From NCBI GenBank assembly GCA_963662335.2, contig CAXXVD010000003.1, forward strand, positions 288,001 through 352,000: 64,000 nt of DNA, given 5' to 3'. A program made the translations under genes and the position numbers. A model generated the notes under the pieces. The model saw only the letters and a program-made list of their open reading frames with translations, made no database searches and was not told the DNA's origin. This DNA comes from Chloroflexota bacterium (GTDB taxonomy: Bacteria > Chloroflexota > UBA11872 > VXOZ01). Positions 9,751 through 21,863 of the stretch are shown here, piece after piece. The first letter of the stretch is position 1; each line of letters begins with the position of its first letter.

Positions 9751-12700
9751 CGGGCGAGGCGAAACCGGCCAAGAAAGACGAAGTGTCGGCCCTTAACGGC
9801 AACCAACTGCCGGTCATCACCAACCCGGGCAACCAGAGCTACTATCAAGGCGCCAGCGTAACCCTGCCCATCACCGTGACCGACGCGGACGGCGACACGC
9901 TCACCATTACGGTGACGGGTCTGCCCGATGACCTGTCCTACGCCAGCGGGAACGTCACCGGCACGATTTCGGGAACAACCACGACGGGCAGCCATACGGT
10001 GACGATCACCGCCAGCGACGGCGTGAACAGGGCGGTCACCGCATCCTTTACCATCACGGTCAATGCCAACGTGCCGCCGGTCATAGGCGCGCACGGCGAC
10101 AAGACGTATCACCGGGGCCAGACCATTACGGCCTTCGACATCAACGCTGCCGACTCGGACGGCGAAGCCCTCATCATCACCGTGACCAATCTTCCCGACG
10201 ACTTGAATCTCTCCAATCGCGGCAGTTTGGGCGGCAAGCGGGTGAGCGGAACGATAGCCGCCGACGCCGATCTGGGAATCTACATCGTAAGCATCACGGC
10301 GAGTGACAATAAAGCGGCGGCGGCAACCGGCTCTTTCACCATTACCGTCACCGGCGCCAATGCCCAACCCAGTTTCGCGTTGAGTAGCGTCAAGCGCGCC
10401 ATCGACGAGAATTCGCCGGCCAACACCGCGGTCGGCGCCGCCGTTACCGCTACGGACGCCAACGGGGACACCCTGGAGTATTCGCTCAGCGGCGCCGACG
10501 CCGGCAAGTTCACCATTGACTCGGCCACCGGCCAGATCAGGGTGAATGCCGGCACCACCCTGGACAAGGAGAGCCTGACCGGGCACTACAGCGTGACGGT
10601 GGGCGTGAGCGATAAGAAGAACGCCAGCGGCAGCGCCGATACCGTGGTTGACGATACCATTGCGGTGGAAGTGCACGTAGACGACGTGAATGAGCCGCCG
10701 CCCGCGCCGGCCGCGCCGACGGTGGCCGCGGACACAACCAATCCGCAGACCAGCCTGGCCGTTTCATGGCGAGCGCCGACGTCGACCATTATGGTCGGCA
10801 AGCCGGCGGTGAGCGACTATGACGTGCAGTACCGCATCAAAGGCGCGGTCTCCTATACCAACCACGTCTTCGACGGCACGGGAACCAGCGCCACTATCAC
10901 CGGCTTGAACGCCAATACAACCTACCAGGTGCAGGTGCGTGCCTCCAACGACGAAGGCACGGGCGCCTGGTCGGATGCGGGGGAAGGCAAGACGGACGCG
11001 GCTGCCGGCGCCAATCTCAATCCCGCCTTTGCGGCGAGTTCCACCACCCGCGCGGTGGCGGAGAGTTCCCCGGCCAACACGAACGTGGGCGCCGCCGTCA
11101 CCGCTACGGACCCCAACGGGGATACTCTGGAATATAGCCTGAGCGGCACGGACGCCGGCAGTTTCACCATCGGCGCGGCCACCGGCCAGATCACGGTGAA
11201 GTCCGGCACCACCCTAGACTACGACACCAAGAGTTCCTATAGCGTGACCGTGGGCGTCTCCGACAAGAAGGACACGTCGGGCAACGCCGACGCCGTGGTT
11301 GACGACACGATCGCGGTGACCATCAACGTAACCACGACAACGAACACCCCGCCGGTCATCACCGACCCCGGCACGCTCTATGTCTATCAGCACGGCGTCT
11401 ACGGCGGCAGTGGGCACCATGAAGGTCTTGCCATTACGGTATCCGATGCCGAGGGTACCCCCACCGTGACGCTTTCCGGCCTGCCCTCCTATTTGTCCTA
11501 CGCCAACGGCAAGATCACCGGCTCTGTTCCCGGCAACGCCGCGACGGGCAACCATACGGTGACCATCACCGCCAGCGACGGCCAGAACCGGGCGGTCACC
11601 GCAACGTTCACGCTCAGCGTCCAAGCCAACGAGAAGCCGGTCTTGAGCGCGCCCGCGAACACGACCGCCTATCAGGGCCAACCCATTGCTACCCTGGCCA
11701 TCGGCGTCGCCGACAATGACAAGAACGGCTTCACGATCCACGTGCTCAATCTCCCCAAGGGCTTGACCCAGGAATACTTCAACAGCGGCGGCAAGACGGT
11801 CGGCAAGCATGTGAAGGGCACGATCGCCACCGACGCCGGCACGGGCAACTATACCGTCACGATCAACGTGAACGAAACCAGCGGAGCGAAGGTGACCGAG
11901 ACGTTCACGATCTACGTCCATACCGGCGCGCCGGATGCAACGGGCGCTCCCACCGTGGCCCAGAATTCCGGCGAGCCGAGCACCAAGCTGGACGTCTCGT
12001 GGACGGCCCCCAGCGTAACGGGCCGCACGGCCATCACCGATTACGACGTGCAGTACCGCGTCAACGGCGCGTCCTCATGGACTTCCCACGCCTTCACCGG
12101 CACGGGGACCAGCACGACTCTGAGTGGCCTGACCCAGGCCACCAACTACCAGGTGCAGGTGCGCGCCACCAACGGCTTCGGCAGCGGCAGGTGGTCGCCC
12201 GTCACGCTCCGCAGGACCGCCGGCAGTAACGTCAATCCTCAATTTGCGTCGGCAAGCGCCAGCCGCGCCGTGGCTGAGAATTCTGCCGCCAGCGCCAGCG
12301 TGGGCGACGCCGTCGCCGCCACGGACAGCAACGCCGATACCCTGGAATACACCCTGAGCGGCACTGACGCCGGCAAGTTCACCATCGGCTTGAACACGGG
12401 CCAGATCAAGGTGAAGAGCGGCACGACCCTGAACTACGAATCCAGCGCCAAGTCCTACAGCGTGACCGTGGGCGTCAGCGACAAGAAAGACACCAGCGAC
12501 AACGCCGACGCGGTGGTGGACGACACTATCGCCGTTACCATCAACGTGTCCAACGTGAACGAGCCGCCGGACGCCCCCAGCCTTTCCGTCTCCCAGAACA
12601 CCACAAATCCGCATAACAGCCTGGATCTCTCGTGGACGGCGACCAACGCGAGCGGCCGCCCGACGATCAACAAGTACCACTACTACTACCGGAAGAAGGG

Positions 12701-15700
12701 GGAGAGCGCCTATCCCCCGGCGAACAAGAAGACCTTGAACTCGACGCTGACCGCAGTCACGCAGACCATCAGCGGTCTGGAGGCAAGCACCACCTACCAG
12801 GTGCGGGTGCGCGCCTGGAACGACGATGGCAAGAGCGAGTGGTCGACCACAGTCGAGGCCAAGACGGCCGCGACGGCGCAGCAGGCAACGCCGACACCAA
12901 CACCAACACCGACGGCAACGCCTACGCCTACGCCTACACCAACACCGACGCCGACGCCGACGCCAACGCCAACGCCAACACCGACGCCGACGCCGACGCC
13001 GACGCCAACGCCAACGCCAACACCGACGCCAACGCCAACACCAACGCCGACGCCGGTTTCCAACGCGCCGCCGAGTTTCGGCGCCAATACCGCTAGCCGC
13101 AGCATCGCCGAGAATGCTGCCGCCGGCACGAACGTGGGGACGGCGGTGGCGGCGACGGACGCGGACGGCGATACGTTGACCTATAGCCTGACTGGGACCG
13201 ACGCGGCAAAGTTCACCATCGGCAGTTCAACCGGTCAGATAGCGGTCAAGGCCGGGAATATCCCCGACTATGAAGCGAAAACGTCGTATAGCGTCACGGT
13301 GAACGTGACGGACGGGAAGAACGGCAGCGGCGGCAGCGACAATACGATCGACGACACGATTGCGGTGACGATCAACGTCACGGACGTGAACGAGCCGCCG
13401 GTGAAGGTGAGCGCGCCGACGGTGAGCGCCAACAGCACGACGCCCACGACCAAGCTGGACGTGAGTTGGACCGCGCCGACGACGACCGAGATGGCCGGCA
13501 AACCGGCGGTAACCGACTACGACGTGCGGTACCGCCAAGCCGGGGCGAGGGATTGGACGGACGCCTCCTTTACCGGCACCACCACGAGCACGACCTTGAG
13601 CGGGCTGACGGCCGGCAAGACGTACCAGGTGCAGGTGCGCGCGGTGAACGCCGAGGGCAACGGGCCGTGGTCGTTCAGCGGCACGGCGATTACCCAGGCA
13701 AGCGGCGTGACGCGCAGCGTGGCCGAGAATTCCGCGGCCGGGACGAACGTGGGCGCGGCGGTGTCCGCGACCGCGGAGGAGCGCTACACGTATACGTACG
13801 CGCTGAGCGGCACGGACAGCGCCAGCTTCAGCATTGGCAGCAGCACCGGCCAGATTACGGTGGGCACGGGGACGGACCTGGACTACGAGACCAAGACGTC
13901 GTACAGCGTCATCGTGACGGTCACGGTGGCGGCGAATGCGCAGTCGGATGGCGCTAACACGCAGTCGCTAGACCCGAACGCCCCGGGCAACTACACGATA
14001 CCGGTGACGATCAACGTGACGGACGTGAACGAGAAGCCGACACTGCCGACCCTGCCGGAAGGCGCCACGAGCCTGAGCCGGAGCGTGGCGGAAAATTCCG
14101 CGGTCGGGACCAACGTCGGCGCGGCGGTGACGGCCAGCGACGTGGAAGGCGATACCCTGACCTACGGCCTGAGCGGCACGGACGCGGCGAGCTTCACCAT
14201 CGTATCGACCAGCGGGCAGATCCAGGTGAAAACCGGGAACATTCCCGACTACGAGGCGAAGAGTTCGTACAGCCTGAACGTGACGGTGAGCGACGGCAAG
14301 GACGGCCAGGGCAACGACGATACGAGCGTGGACGCCACGGTGGCGGTGACGATTACGATTACCGACGTGGACGAGCCGCCGGTGAAGCTGAGCGCGCCGT
14401 CGGTGTCGGCCCACGCCACCACGCCGGCGAGCAAGCTGGACGTCTCGTGGACGGCGTTGACGAATACCCAGATGGCCGGCAAGCCGGCGGTGAGCGACTA
14501 CGACGTGCAGTACCGCTTGGCCGGGGCGAGCGACTGGACCAGCCACAGCTTTAGCGGCACGGGCACGAGCACGACGCTGGCGAGTCTGACGGCGGGCAAG
14601 AGCTATGAAGTGCAGGTGCGCCCGGTGAACGCCGAGGGGAATGGGCCGTGGTCGGACGCGGGTGCGGCGATTACGACGGCCGGCAGCGTGAGCCGGTCGG
14701 TGGCGGAGAATGCTGCCGCCGGCGCGAACGTGGGCGCGGCGGTGACCGCGGCGAGCAATCCCAATGACTACACACTGACGCATTCGTTGGGCGGCACGGA
14801 CGCGGGTTCGTTCACCATCGAGAGCGGCACGGGCCAGATCAAGGTGAAGAGCGGCGCAAGCCTGGACTACGAGACGAAGAAGTCCTACAGCGTGACGGTG
14901 ACAGTGAAGGCGGCCGCGGCCGGCGTGCAGTCGTCTGGCCTGAGCCCGAACGCGCCGGGCGACTACGCGATACCGGTGACGATCAACGTCACGGACGTGA
15001 ACGAGGAGCCGGCGCTGCCGAGCCTGCCTAAGGACAAGACGAGTCTGAGCCGCAGCATCGCCGAGAATTCTGCCGCCGGCACGAACGTGGGCGCGGCGGT
15101 AACGGCGACGGATCCGGAGGGCGATACGTTGACGTATAGCCTGACCGGAACGGACGCGGCCAAGTTCAACATTGGCAGTTCCACCGGCCAGATCACGGTC
15201 AAGTCGGGGAACATACCGGACTATGAGGCCAAGACGTCGTACAGCGTCACGGTGAACGTGACGGATGGCAAGAAGGCCGACGGCACGGCGGACACGACGA
15301 TCGACGCTACGGTCGTGGTGACGATCAACGTGACCGACGTGAACGAGCCGCCGCCCAAGCCGGCCGCGCCGACGGTGGCGCAGAACAGCGCCTCGTCCAA
15401 GACCAAGTTGGACGTGAGTTGGACAGCGCCGGACGTGACCGGCAAGCCGGCGATTACGGACTACGACGTGCAATACAAGAAGGCCAGTGAGAATTCGTGG
15501 ACGAGCCACAGCTTCAGCGGCACGGGCACGAGCACGACGCTCACGGGCTTGAGCGAGGGCACGACGTACCACGTGCAGGTGAAAGCGATCAATGATGAGG
15601 GGAACAGCGGCTGGTCGGACAGCGGCAGCGCGCACACGCAGGCCAAGAACGTGAACCCGTCGTTCGCGGATGACACGGCTACCCGCAGCATCGTCGAGAA

Positions 15701-18026
15701 CTCGGCGGGCGGCACGAACGTGGGGGCGGCGGTGGCGGCCAGCGACGCGGAAGGCGACACGCTGACGTATACGCTGACCGGAACCGGCACGGCTGTGTTC
15801 ACCATCGTCGCGTCCAGCGGCCAGATACAGGTGAAGGCGGGCGCCGACCTGAACTATGAGGGCAAGAAAGTGTTCACCATGACGGTGACGGTGTCCGACG
15901 GGAAAGACACCGACGGCAAGGCGGACACGGCGATCGACGACACGATCGCGGTAACGGTCAACATTACCGACGTGAACGAGAAGCCGTCGTTCAGCAAAGA
16001 CACGGTTACGCGCAGCATACCCGAGAACTCGCCGGCGGGCACGGGCGGGACGTTCACGGCCACGGACCCGGACGGCGATACGCTGACCTATTCTCTGAGC
16101 GGAGACGACGCGGACAAGTTCGCGTTCGATACTTCCACTGGGAAGGTCACGGTCAAGGCGAGCCACATTCCCGACTATGAGACCAAGAATTCGTACAGCT
16201 TCACGGTTGGCGTCAGCGACGGAAAGGATAGTGACGGCAACACCGACACGAAGGTCGATGACACGCTCGCGGTGACGATCAACGTGACGGACGTGACCGG
16301 CCCGGCGCAGCCGGCCGCGCCAACGGTGGCGCAGAACACGACTAGTCCCGCTACCCGTTTGAAGGTTTCGTGGACGGCGCCCAGTTCCACCCATTCCGGC
16401 GGGCTCACGGACTACGACGTGCAGTACCGGATCAAGAACACCACGAACCCGAATACATGGACTGCCCACGGTTTCACGGGCACGGGGACGCAGACCGTCC
16501 TGGCGGGCCTGACGGCGGACACCACCTATGAGGTGCAGGTGCGGGCCGCCGACGCCGAGGGCGAAAGCGCCTGGTCGGCCGCGGGCGAGGGCACGACGGC
16601 CAACGCGCAGCCGACGCCGACGCCCACGCCGGTTCCCAACCTAAAACCGGAGTTCCCAAGCGATTCGACCACCCGCAGCATTGCCGAGAACTCTGCGGCG
16701 GGATCGAATGTCGGCGCGCCGGTGAAGGCCACGGACGCGGACGGGGACACCCTGACGTACGGCCTGGGCGGGAGCGGCGCCGCCGCGTTCAAGATCGACG
16801 CGGCCTCCGGCCAAATCAAGCTGAAGACGGGCGCGGCGCTGGACTATGAGTCCAAGTCCTCCTACACCGTCATCGTGTCTGTCGACGAGCAGTGTGAAGG
16901 CGTCTGTCCCCAGGTGGTGGACGACACCATTACCGTTACCATCAAGGTGACGGACGTGAACGAGCCGCCGGCCGCGCCGGCCGCGCCCACGGTGACCGCC
17001 AGCGCCGACACGCCGCTCAGCCAGTTGGACGTCTCGTGGACGGCCCCGAATATGAGCGGCGAGCCGGCCATCAGCGGCTACGCCGTCCGGTATCGCGAGA
17101 AAGGCGCGACCGGCTGGACTTCCCAGAACTTCATGGGCGCGGGCACGGCTACCGTCATCACCGGCCTGCAAGGGAGCACGAGGTATGAGGTGCAGGTGAA
17201 GGCGCGCAACGACGAGGGCGCGAGCGCCTGGTCGGCCAGCGGCGAGGGCGCGACGGCCGCGGCCCTGGTGGAGCCGACGGCAACGCCGATACCGACCGCG
17301 ACGCCAACGCCAACGCCGATACCGACCGCGACGCCAACGCCAACGCCGCCGCGGCAGTCGCCGCAGAACTCGCCGCCGACGTACTCGCCGATTTCCCTGA
17401 ATCCCTCGCCGCCACGGCTGCCATTGCCGGTGCCGCCAACCGCCATCGGCGATACGGTCTGCGCCACGGCGCATGACTATGGGAACCGGATGCGCATATA
17501 CCGCAAGGACGGCGGGGCGGATCTGAGTATCCAGATCGGCTCGCTCTCCGTCGGCGGCAGCCTGCTGACGGTGGCCGGCTTCATCCGCGACGGCACGCTG
17601 GGTCAGACCTATAGCATCGTGCGCTACCAGGCCGACGGCCGCGTGGCGCGGATGTGGGTGGATCCGGACGACCCGCTCGTCGAGGAGATCGATTGGGAAG
17701 AGGTGAACACGAAGTATACGGTGCCCGTCTGCGTGGTGGCGGCCATCCCGCTGGACGATCGCTACCCGGCCATTGGCCAACTGGCGCGCCGCTTCGACGG
17801 CACGGACGACCGCATCTTCCGGCACGTGGGCAACCAGGTGTGGCGGCACGTGCCGGACCCCGCCACCTTCCAGGCGATGGGACTCTTCTGGTGCAACGTG
17901 ACGGCGGCGGACGCGAGCTTCTTCCGGCGGATCGTCACCGCCGACCCGCTGCCCAGCGCCGACGCGGAGCCGCGAAGCGACTACCCAAGCTGCTGGTCGT
18001 GGGAGGATACGGAACGCTCCCGCTGA
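9429..18026 (+). CDS. Main body of giant surface protein B: ~4 putative Ig, ~11 cadherin-like and ~8 FN3 domains, (TP)n linkers, same C-terminal domain as protein A; with 8450-9394 it forms one ~3190-aa gene
   Basis: 2865-aa ORF starting mid-repeat with no signal peptide of its own; same motifs as protein A. Confidence 0.88.
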   Translation: MPTPEPTATPEPTPEPTATPEPTPEPTATPESTPEPTATPEPTPEPTPTPESTPEPTATPEPTPEPTATPESTLEPTATPESTLEPTPTPEPTLELTPTPTPTPTPDPGEAKPAKKDEVSALNGNQLPVITNPGNQSYYQGASVTLPITVTDADGDTLTITVTGLPDDLSYASGNVTGTISGTTTTGSHTVTITASDGVNRAVTASFTITVNANVPPVIGAHGDKTYHRGQTITAFDINAADSDGEALIITVTNLPDDLNLSNRGSLGGKRVSGTIAADADLGIYIVSITASDNKAAAATGSFTITVTGANAQPSFALSSVKRAIDENSPANTAVGAAVTATDANGDTLEYSLSGADAGKFTIDSATGQIRVNAGTTLDKESLTGHYSVTVGVSDKKNASGSADTVVDDTIAVEVHVDDVNEPPPAPAAPTVAADTTNPQTSLAVSWRAPTSTIMVGKPAVSDYDVQYRIKGAVSYTNHVFDGTGTSATITGLNANTTYQVQVRASNDEGTGAWSDAGEGKTDAAAGANLNPAFAASSTTRAVAESSPANTNVGAAVTATDPNGDTLEYSLSGTDAGSFTIGAATGQITVKSGTTLDYDTKSSYSVTVGVSDKKDTSGNADAVVDDTIAVTINVTTTTNTPPVITDPGTLYVYQHGVYGGSGHHEGLAITVSDAEGTPTVTLSGLPSYLSYANGKITGSVPGNAATGNHTVTITASDGQNRAVTATFTLSVQANEKPVLSAPANTTAYQGQPIATLAIGVADNDKNGFTIHVLNLPKGLTQEYFNSGGKTVGKHVKGTIATDAGTGNYTVTINVNETSGAKVTETFTIYVHTGAPDATGAPTVAQNSGEPSTKLDVSWTAPSVTGRTAITDYDVQYRVNGASSWTSHAFTGTGTSTTLSGLTQATNYQVQVRATNGFGSGRWSPVTLRRTAGSNVNPQFASASASRAVAENSAASASVGDAVAATDSNADTLEYTLSGTDAGKFTIGLNTGQIKVKSGTTLNYESSAKSYSVTVGVSDKKDTSDNADAVVDDTIAVTINVSNVNEPPDAPSLSVSQNTTNPHNSLDLSWTATNASGRPTINKYHYYYRKKGESAYPPANKKTLNSTLTAVTQTISGLEASTTYQVRVRAWNDDGKSEWSTTVEAKTAATAQQATPTPTPTPTATPTPTPTPTPTPTPTPTPTPTPTPTPTPTPTPTPTPTPTPTPTPTPVSNAPPSFGANTASRSIAENAAAGTNVGTAVAATDADGDTLTYSLTGTDAAKFTIGSSTGQIAVKAGNIPDYEAKTSYSVTVNVTDGKNGSGGSDNTIDDTIAVTINVTDVNEPPVKVSAPTVSANSTTPTTKLDVSWTAPTTTEMAGKPAVTDYDVRYRQAGARDWTDASFTGTTTSTTLSGLTAGKTYQVQVRAVNAEGNGPWSFSGTAITQASGVTRSVAENSAAGTNVGAAVSATAEERYTYTYALSGTDSASFSIGSSTGQITVGTGTDLDYETKTSYSVIVTVTVAANAQSDGANTQSLDPNAPGNYTIPVTINVTDVNEKPTLPTLPEGATSLSRSVAENSAVGTNVGAAVTASDVEGDTLTYGLSGTDAASFTIVSTSGQIQVKTGNIPDYEAKSSYSLNVTVSDGKDGQGNDDTSVDATVAVTITITDVDEPPVKLSAPSVSAHATTPASKLDVSWTALTNTQMAGKPAVSDYDVQYRLAGASDWTSHSFSGTGTSTTLASLTAGKSYEVQVRPVNAEGNGPWSDAGAAITTAGSVSRSVAENAAAGANVGAAVTAASNPNDYTLTHSLGGTDAGSFTIESGTGQIKVKSGASLDYETKKSYSVTVTVKAAAAGVQSSGLSPNAPGDYAIPVTINVTDVNEEPALPSLPKDKTSLSRSIAENSAAGTNVGAAVTATDPEGDTLTYSLTGTDAAKFNIGSSTGQITVKSGNIPDYEAKTSYSVTVNVTDGKKADGTADTTIDATVVVTINVTDVNEPPPKPAAPTVAQNSASSKTKLDVSWTAPDVTGKPAITDYDVQYKKASENSWTSHSFSGTGTSTTLTGLSEGTTYHVQVKAINDEGNSGWSDSGSAHTQAKNVNPSFADDTATRSIVENSAGGTNVGAAVAASDAEGDTLTYTLTGTGTAVFTIVASSGQIQVKAGADLNYEGKKVFTMTVTVSDGKDTDGKADTAIDDTIAVTVNITDVNEKPSFSKDTVTRSIPENSPAGTGGTFTATDPDGDTLTYSLSGDDADKFAFDTSTGKVTVKASHIPDYETKNSYSFTVGVSDGKDSDGNTDTKVDDTLAVTINVTDVTGPAQPAAPTVAQNTTSPATRLKVSWTAPSSTHSGGLTDYDVQYRIKNTTNPNTWTAHGFTGTGTQTVLAGLTADTTYEVQVRAADAEGESAWSAAGEGTTANAQPTPTPTPVPNLKPEFPSDSTTRSIAENSAAGSNVGAPVKATDADGDTLTYGLGGSGAAAFKIDAASGQIKLKTGAALDYESKSSYTVIVSVDEQCEGVCPQVVDDTITVTIKVTDVNEPPAAPAAPTVTASADTPLSQLDVSWTAPNMSGEPAISGYAVRYREKGATGWTSQNFMGAGTATVITGLQGSTRYEVQVKARNDEGASAWSASGEGATAAALVEPTATPIPTATPTPTPIPTATPTPTPPRQSPQNSPPTYSPISLNPSPPRLPLPVPPTAIGDTVCATAHDYGNRMRIYRKDGGADLSIQIGSLSVGGSLLTVAGFIRDGTLGQTYSIVRYQADGRVARMWVDPDDPLVEEIDWEEVNTKYTVPVCVVAAIPLDDRYPAIGQLARRFDGTDDRIFRHVGNQVWRHVPDPATFQAMGLFWCNVTAADASFFRRIVTADPLPSADAEPRSDYPSCWSWEDTERSR
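12888..13055 (+). repeat. (Thr-Pro)n 6-bp coding microsatellite linker
   Basis: AC(G/A)CC(G/A/T) iterated. Confidence 0.9.
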
Positions 18027-18086
18027 TAACAAGACCGCATATGCGCGATACCAAACCGGGCGCCCGCTCCAGGCAGGCGCCCTGGA

Positions 18087-18130
18087 GAAGGCCGCCCCGC
18101 GACAGCGCCTGCCGCGGGGCGGCCTTCTTC
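18087..18130 (+). terminator. Intrinsic terminator-like hairpin after adhesin B
   Basis: GAAGGCCGCCCCGC...GCGGGGCGGCCTTC then TTC; homolog of 7492-7525. Confidence 0.6.
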
Positions 18131-18164
18131 GTTGGGTTTACTTTGTCGTCTGCCCTTGCTCCCG

Positions 18165-18437
18165 GCGGGGGACAAGCCCCCGCGCTACGTTGCTGCGACG
18201 GCATTGGCCCCTGCGCTACGTTACTGCGGCGACATTGACCCCTGCGCTACGTTACTGCGGCGACATTGACCCCTGCGCTACGTTACTGCGGCGACATTGA
18301 CCCCCGCGCTGCGCTACAGCGGCGACATTGACCCCCGCGCTACGTTGCCGCGGCGACATTGACCCCTGCGCTACGTTGCTGCGGCGACATTGACCCCTGC
18401 GCTACGTTACTGCGGCGACATTGACCCCCGCGCTGCG
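18165..18437. repeat. 31-bp tandem repeat (8 full units) growing out of a reverse GTAG-REP
   Basis: GCGCT(A/G)CG starts at 18182, 18213, 18244, 18275, 18306, 18337, 18368, 18399, 18430; unit CCCCTGCGCTACGTTACTGCGGCGACATTGA. Confidence 0.92.
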
Positions 18438-18485
18438 CTCATGCGAGAACATCTAGTGAGAAGGTGGCGCGAGGAGCGCGACGAT

Positions 18486-18740
18486 TGTCATTCCGAGCGC
18501 AGTGCGTTATTCCGAGTTGCGGCGTGTCATTCCGAGTGCAGCGTCGAACTGTGTTCGCGGAATCTAGGGGCCCTTAGCGCATACGGTCTCGCAGTCCAGC
18601 ATCCGAGATTCCGAACGGAGTGAGGAATGACGGGGGGTCGCGGCCGTTGGCCGTCGTTCCGGCGGAATCCATGTGTGTGGCTCCTTGACGGTCATTCCGG
18701 CGAAAGCCGGAATGACAGCAAGCGTGGGGAATGACGAACG
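18486..18740. repeat. Cluster of TGTCA- and GTCA/CGTC-type palindromic elements
   Basis: 18486-18632 matches 7560-7704; GTCATTCCGGCGAAAGCCGGAATGAC at ~18691. Confidence 0.7.
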
Positions 18741-18830
18741 GTGTGGGGGAGTGACGGACAGCGCGCGCCTGGGGCGGCGCCGGCCCTTTCGCGCCAAGGC
18801 GGCGCCGGCCCTTTCGCGCCAAGGCGGCGC

Positions 18831-19667
18831 TTACGGAGACGGCAGCGGCGTGGCGTTGACGGTGATGACCACCTCGCCTTCGCCCTGGTCGACCGCCTCG
18901 AGGACCACCGGGTCTTGGCTTGCGGCCAAGGGGCCAATGGCGCGCTCGTTCACGGTAATCTCGATACCGCCGGTGCGTCCTAACGTAATGGTGACACTCT
19001 CCGCGCCGGACCACGTGCGCGGCTCTGTGCCCTGCGCGGTATCCGGGCCGATGGTGCCGCCAAAGGCGCTGGCGCCGTCGACCGCTACGCCGATCCAGAC
19101 CTGCTGGGTGGCCGCGCGCAGGGTGACGTTAACGCCGGTGACCGCGGTAGGAGTCGGCGTCGGCGCCGTCGTGGGCGTGGGAATGGGAGTTGGCGTCCGG
19201 ACAGGCGGCAATTCAACCAAGGGCGTGGGTTCGCTGGTGGGAGTGGCTGTTCTCTCAGGCGTCGCCGCCGGGGCCGGCCCGGCCGACAGGAACTCCTGGT
19301 AGAGAAAGTTCAAGAGCACGCCAATCGCCGCCAGGAGCAGGAGCGCTACCAGAAGTTTGGGTCCCCGCCGTGAATTCGGCCGCCCGCGCTCGCCGTTGGA
19401 CGGCGGCAGCGGCGGCTGGGCGCGCGTGCGTTGCTGACGGTCATACTCTTCGACGATCTCCGCCGCGATCAAGCCAAGATAGCGGGCGTAGTTGAGGAGG
19501 AAGCCGCGCGTGTAGACCGGCGCGGGCAGCGCGTCGAAGTCCTCCGCTTCCAGCGCGTGCAACGCAGAGCGGCGGATGCGCGTGGCGGACGCGGCCTGGT
19601 CGAGCGAGACACCTTTCGCTAACCGCGCCGCGCGCAGCGTTTCGCCTATGTGCAGCGGCTCATCCAT
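18831..19667 (-). CDS. rodZ: RodZ-like protein (HTH, TM helix, Pro/Thr linker, DUF4115-like domain)
   Basis: IGETLRAARLAKG...TRIR...ALEAEDF..LP..VYTRGFLLNYARYLGL; single TM; WIGVAVDG. Confidence 0.8.
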   Translation of the reverse strand: MDEPLHIGETLRAARLAKGVSLDQAASATRIRRSALHALEAEDFDALPAPVYTRGFLLNYARYLGLIAAEIVEEYDRQQRTRAQPPLPPSNGERGRPNSRRGPKLLVALLLLAAIGVLLNFLYQEFLSAGPAPAATPERTATPTSEPTPLVELPPVRTPTPIPTPTTAPTPTPTAVTGVNVTLRAATQQVWIGVAVDGASAFGGTIGPDTAQGTEPRTWSGAESVTITLGRTGGIEITVNERAIGPLAASQDPVVLEAVDQGEGEVVITVNATPLPSP

Positions 19668-20347
19668 GTGCCTACTCCACGGCGGGCGGCAACGACGGCA
19701 AGCGGACGCCGCCTACGCCGTCCAGCAGCGCCTGCCTTGCCTAACCGGCTGGCCGCCAACCGATTGTTGAGGAAAAGGGAAGATTCCCACACTTTGGATA
19801 ATTAATATCTATCTTGATAAAGTGTCAGCAACACGTCCCGAATGTATGAAACCTATCGTACTAAAGTGCGGTATTCTGTGCACGTACCGTCAGCCGTACC
19901 CACGGAGCGTGACTACCCAAATCACATTAGACGAGGGAAGAGCCGCACAGGGCGGTTGCCGTTTTCCAAACGAGGCGCATGGCCGCGCAACGAAAGACGG
20001 CGCGCCTTCATGCGGTAATTGCTCCCAAACACCGCAATCGGCCCGGGCGGGTATAATCTCAAGGAGATAGGGAAAGCGCGGAAACAAGGCGTTTCCCCCG
20101 TTCGGGCCGCAGCGCGCGTCTTCTCCGCGCCGGGACGCGCATACGCGCATCGGCTCGCGCTACCCTGTCCTCAGAATAACAGAATCGAAAGATGGTTGCG
20201 TGCGGAAAACGCGCCGTGCCGGTGATGTGGCGCAAGTCCCGGCGCGACGGCAGCCGGCCGGAAGAGCGCCGGGCAACCCCGGGTGGGCGCATTCCGCAAG
20301 AGGGCGGCGCGCGCATGCACAGACCGCGAAAGGAGCGCGGCCACACG

Positions 20348-21196
20348 ATGGTCCCCAGCGTAGACGCCTGGATGCGGCTCTCCACTGAGCAACTGCAACG
20401 AGCGGCCAAGACGCCGCTGCGCATCGCGCCGGACCGCGCGGCGCTCCATGCGGCCTTTGCCCGCGAGATTGCCGACGAGATCAAGGCCCGCAACGCCGCC
20501 GGCGAACCCACGCGGCTCATCCTGCCGGTGGGCCCAATCGGGCACTACCCGCTGCTGGCGGAAATCTGCAACCGCGAGCGCATCTCGTGGCGGAACGTGT
20601 GGACGTTCAACATGGATGAGTACTGCGATTGGGAAGGGCGCTCCATTCCGCTGGACCATCCGCTGAGCTTCGAGGGGTACATGCGCGGGGAGTTCTTCGC
20701 GCGGCTCGACGCCGACCTGCGCATGCCGGCGGACCGGGTCTGCTTTCCGCGCATCGAGCGCATCGACGAGGTGAGCGAGCAGATCGCGGCGCTCGGCGGC
20801 ATCGACACCTGCTACGGCGGCATCGGCGTCCACGGCCACGTGGCGTTCAACGAGCCGCCAATCAGCCGCTTCCATCAGGTGACGCTGGCGGACTTCCGCA
20901 ATTCGCGCACCCGCGTGCTGCCCCTGGCCCCGGAAACCATGGTGATGAACTCCATTAGGCGCGCGGGCGGCAACTTCTACACGTTCCCGCCCATGGCGAT
21001 CACTATCGGCATGAAGGACATCCTGGCGTCCCGCCGCGTCCGCCTCTACTGCGACGGCGGCGATTGGCAAAAAGCCATCCTGCGCATCTCCCTGCTGGGC
21101 GAGGTCAGCGCCGACTACCCGGCCACGCTGCTGCAAGAGCACGCGGACGCGGTGATTACCGCCGACGCCGAAACCGCCGCGCCGCTAGCGCTCTAG
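20348..21196 (+). CDS. Glucosamine-6-phosphate isomerase/deaminase family protein
   Basis: ILPVGP, FNMDEY, GGIGVHGHVAFNEP, AITIGMKDIL; AAGGAG upstream of ATG 20348. Confidence 0.85.
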   Translation: MVPSVDAWMRLSTEQLQRAAKTPLRIAPDRAALHAAFAREIADEIKARNAAGEPTRLILPVGPIGHYPLLAEICNRERISWRNVWTFNMDEYCDWEGRSIPLDHPLSFEGYMRGEFFARLDADLRMPADRVCFPRIERIDEVSEQIAALGGIDTCYGGIGVHGHVAFNEPPISRFHQVTLADFRNSRTRVLPLAPETMVMNSIRRAGGNFYTFPPMAITIGMKDILASRRVRLYCDGGDWQKAILRISLLGEVSADYPATLLQEHADAVITADAETAAPLAL

Positions 21197-21236
21197 TGCC
21201 AGTCTGCGCATAGAGTAAACTGGGTATGGTAGTCGG

Positions 21237-21863
21237 CTACTCCTGGCTTCTGCGCTCAAGCTCGCTGAGAAAGCGATTGGCGTAGGGCGACTTTTGCCGG
21301 ACCTTGACCGGGTCCAGTATCGCCAGAATCTCGAAGCTGTGTCTCCCCTTGTCGTACGCTCCCTTACTCGTACTGCGCGTAGCCTGTCGCAGTCCGCTCT
21401 CGACGTCTTGTTTGGAGATTTCCTCTACTCGTGGATTCTGCGGTAGCGACGACTCTTGGAAATTCCGGCCGTAGAAGGACGTGAGAGTGTCCGCGTCGGC
21501 AAGGAACCAGGACTCCATGATCTGCACCATCAGATGGCATTGATCGTCAGTCGCGGCGGCGGGTCGGCTCCAATTCTCATGAACCTTTAGGTGTTGCCAA
21601 GGTCCACCTGCCGCAACCGGGTGCTCCGCATCCACAAGCAGCAGGGCGGCTTCACCATTCGCGACCGCCTTCTTGAAGTCATTGAAAGCCCTCTGCCGAC
21701 TGCCGCAAGGAAGAAAACGGGGCATGTTTCCGGTGAACCCCGTCTTCCTGACAAACCTGATAAATCCTTCGCGGAACTTGCTGGTCTGTTCTGAGCGGCC
21801 CCCTCTTCGCCCCCTTCGATCTGAGCCACTGCCGCCGCCTTCCACATAGACTTTGACGCTCAC
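21237..21863 (-). CDS. DUF4276-like protein (TOPRIM-like nuclease candidate)
   Basis: VYVEGGG, LLVDAE, HLMVQIMESWFLAD, YDKGRHS; 4-nt overlap with the upstream ATPase. Confidence 0.75.
   Translation of the reverse strand: MSVKVYVEGGGSGSDRRGRRGGRSEQTSKFREGFIRFVRKTGFTGNMPRFLPCGSRQRAFNDFKKAVANGEAALLLVDAEHPVAAGGPWQHLKVHENWSRPAAATDDQCHLMVQIMESWFLADADTLTSFYGRNFQESSLPQNPRVEEISKQDVESGLRQATRSTSKGAYDKGRHSFEILAILDPVKVRQKSPYANRFLSELERRSQE

Noticed and set aside
3458-16469. Long antisense or alternative-frame ORFs (e.g. 3458-5326, 13968-16469; also 28714-30675, 46496-48448, 61602-63182)
   Set aside because: Shadow ORFs expected from high-GC codon bias opposite well-supported genes
6842-18026. Diversity-generating retroelement TR/VR pair in the repeated C-termini
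   Set aside because: Both copies are coding, differences are not adenine-specific, and no reverse transcriptase is present
18177-18437. CRISPR array or iterons
   Set aside because: Contiguous 31-bp units with no unique spacers; no rep gene nearby
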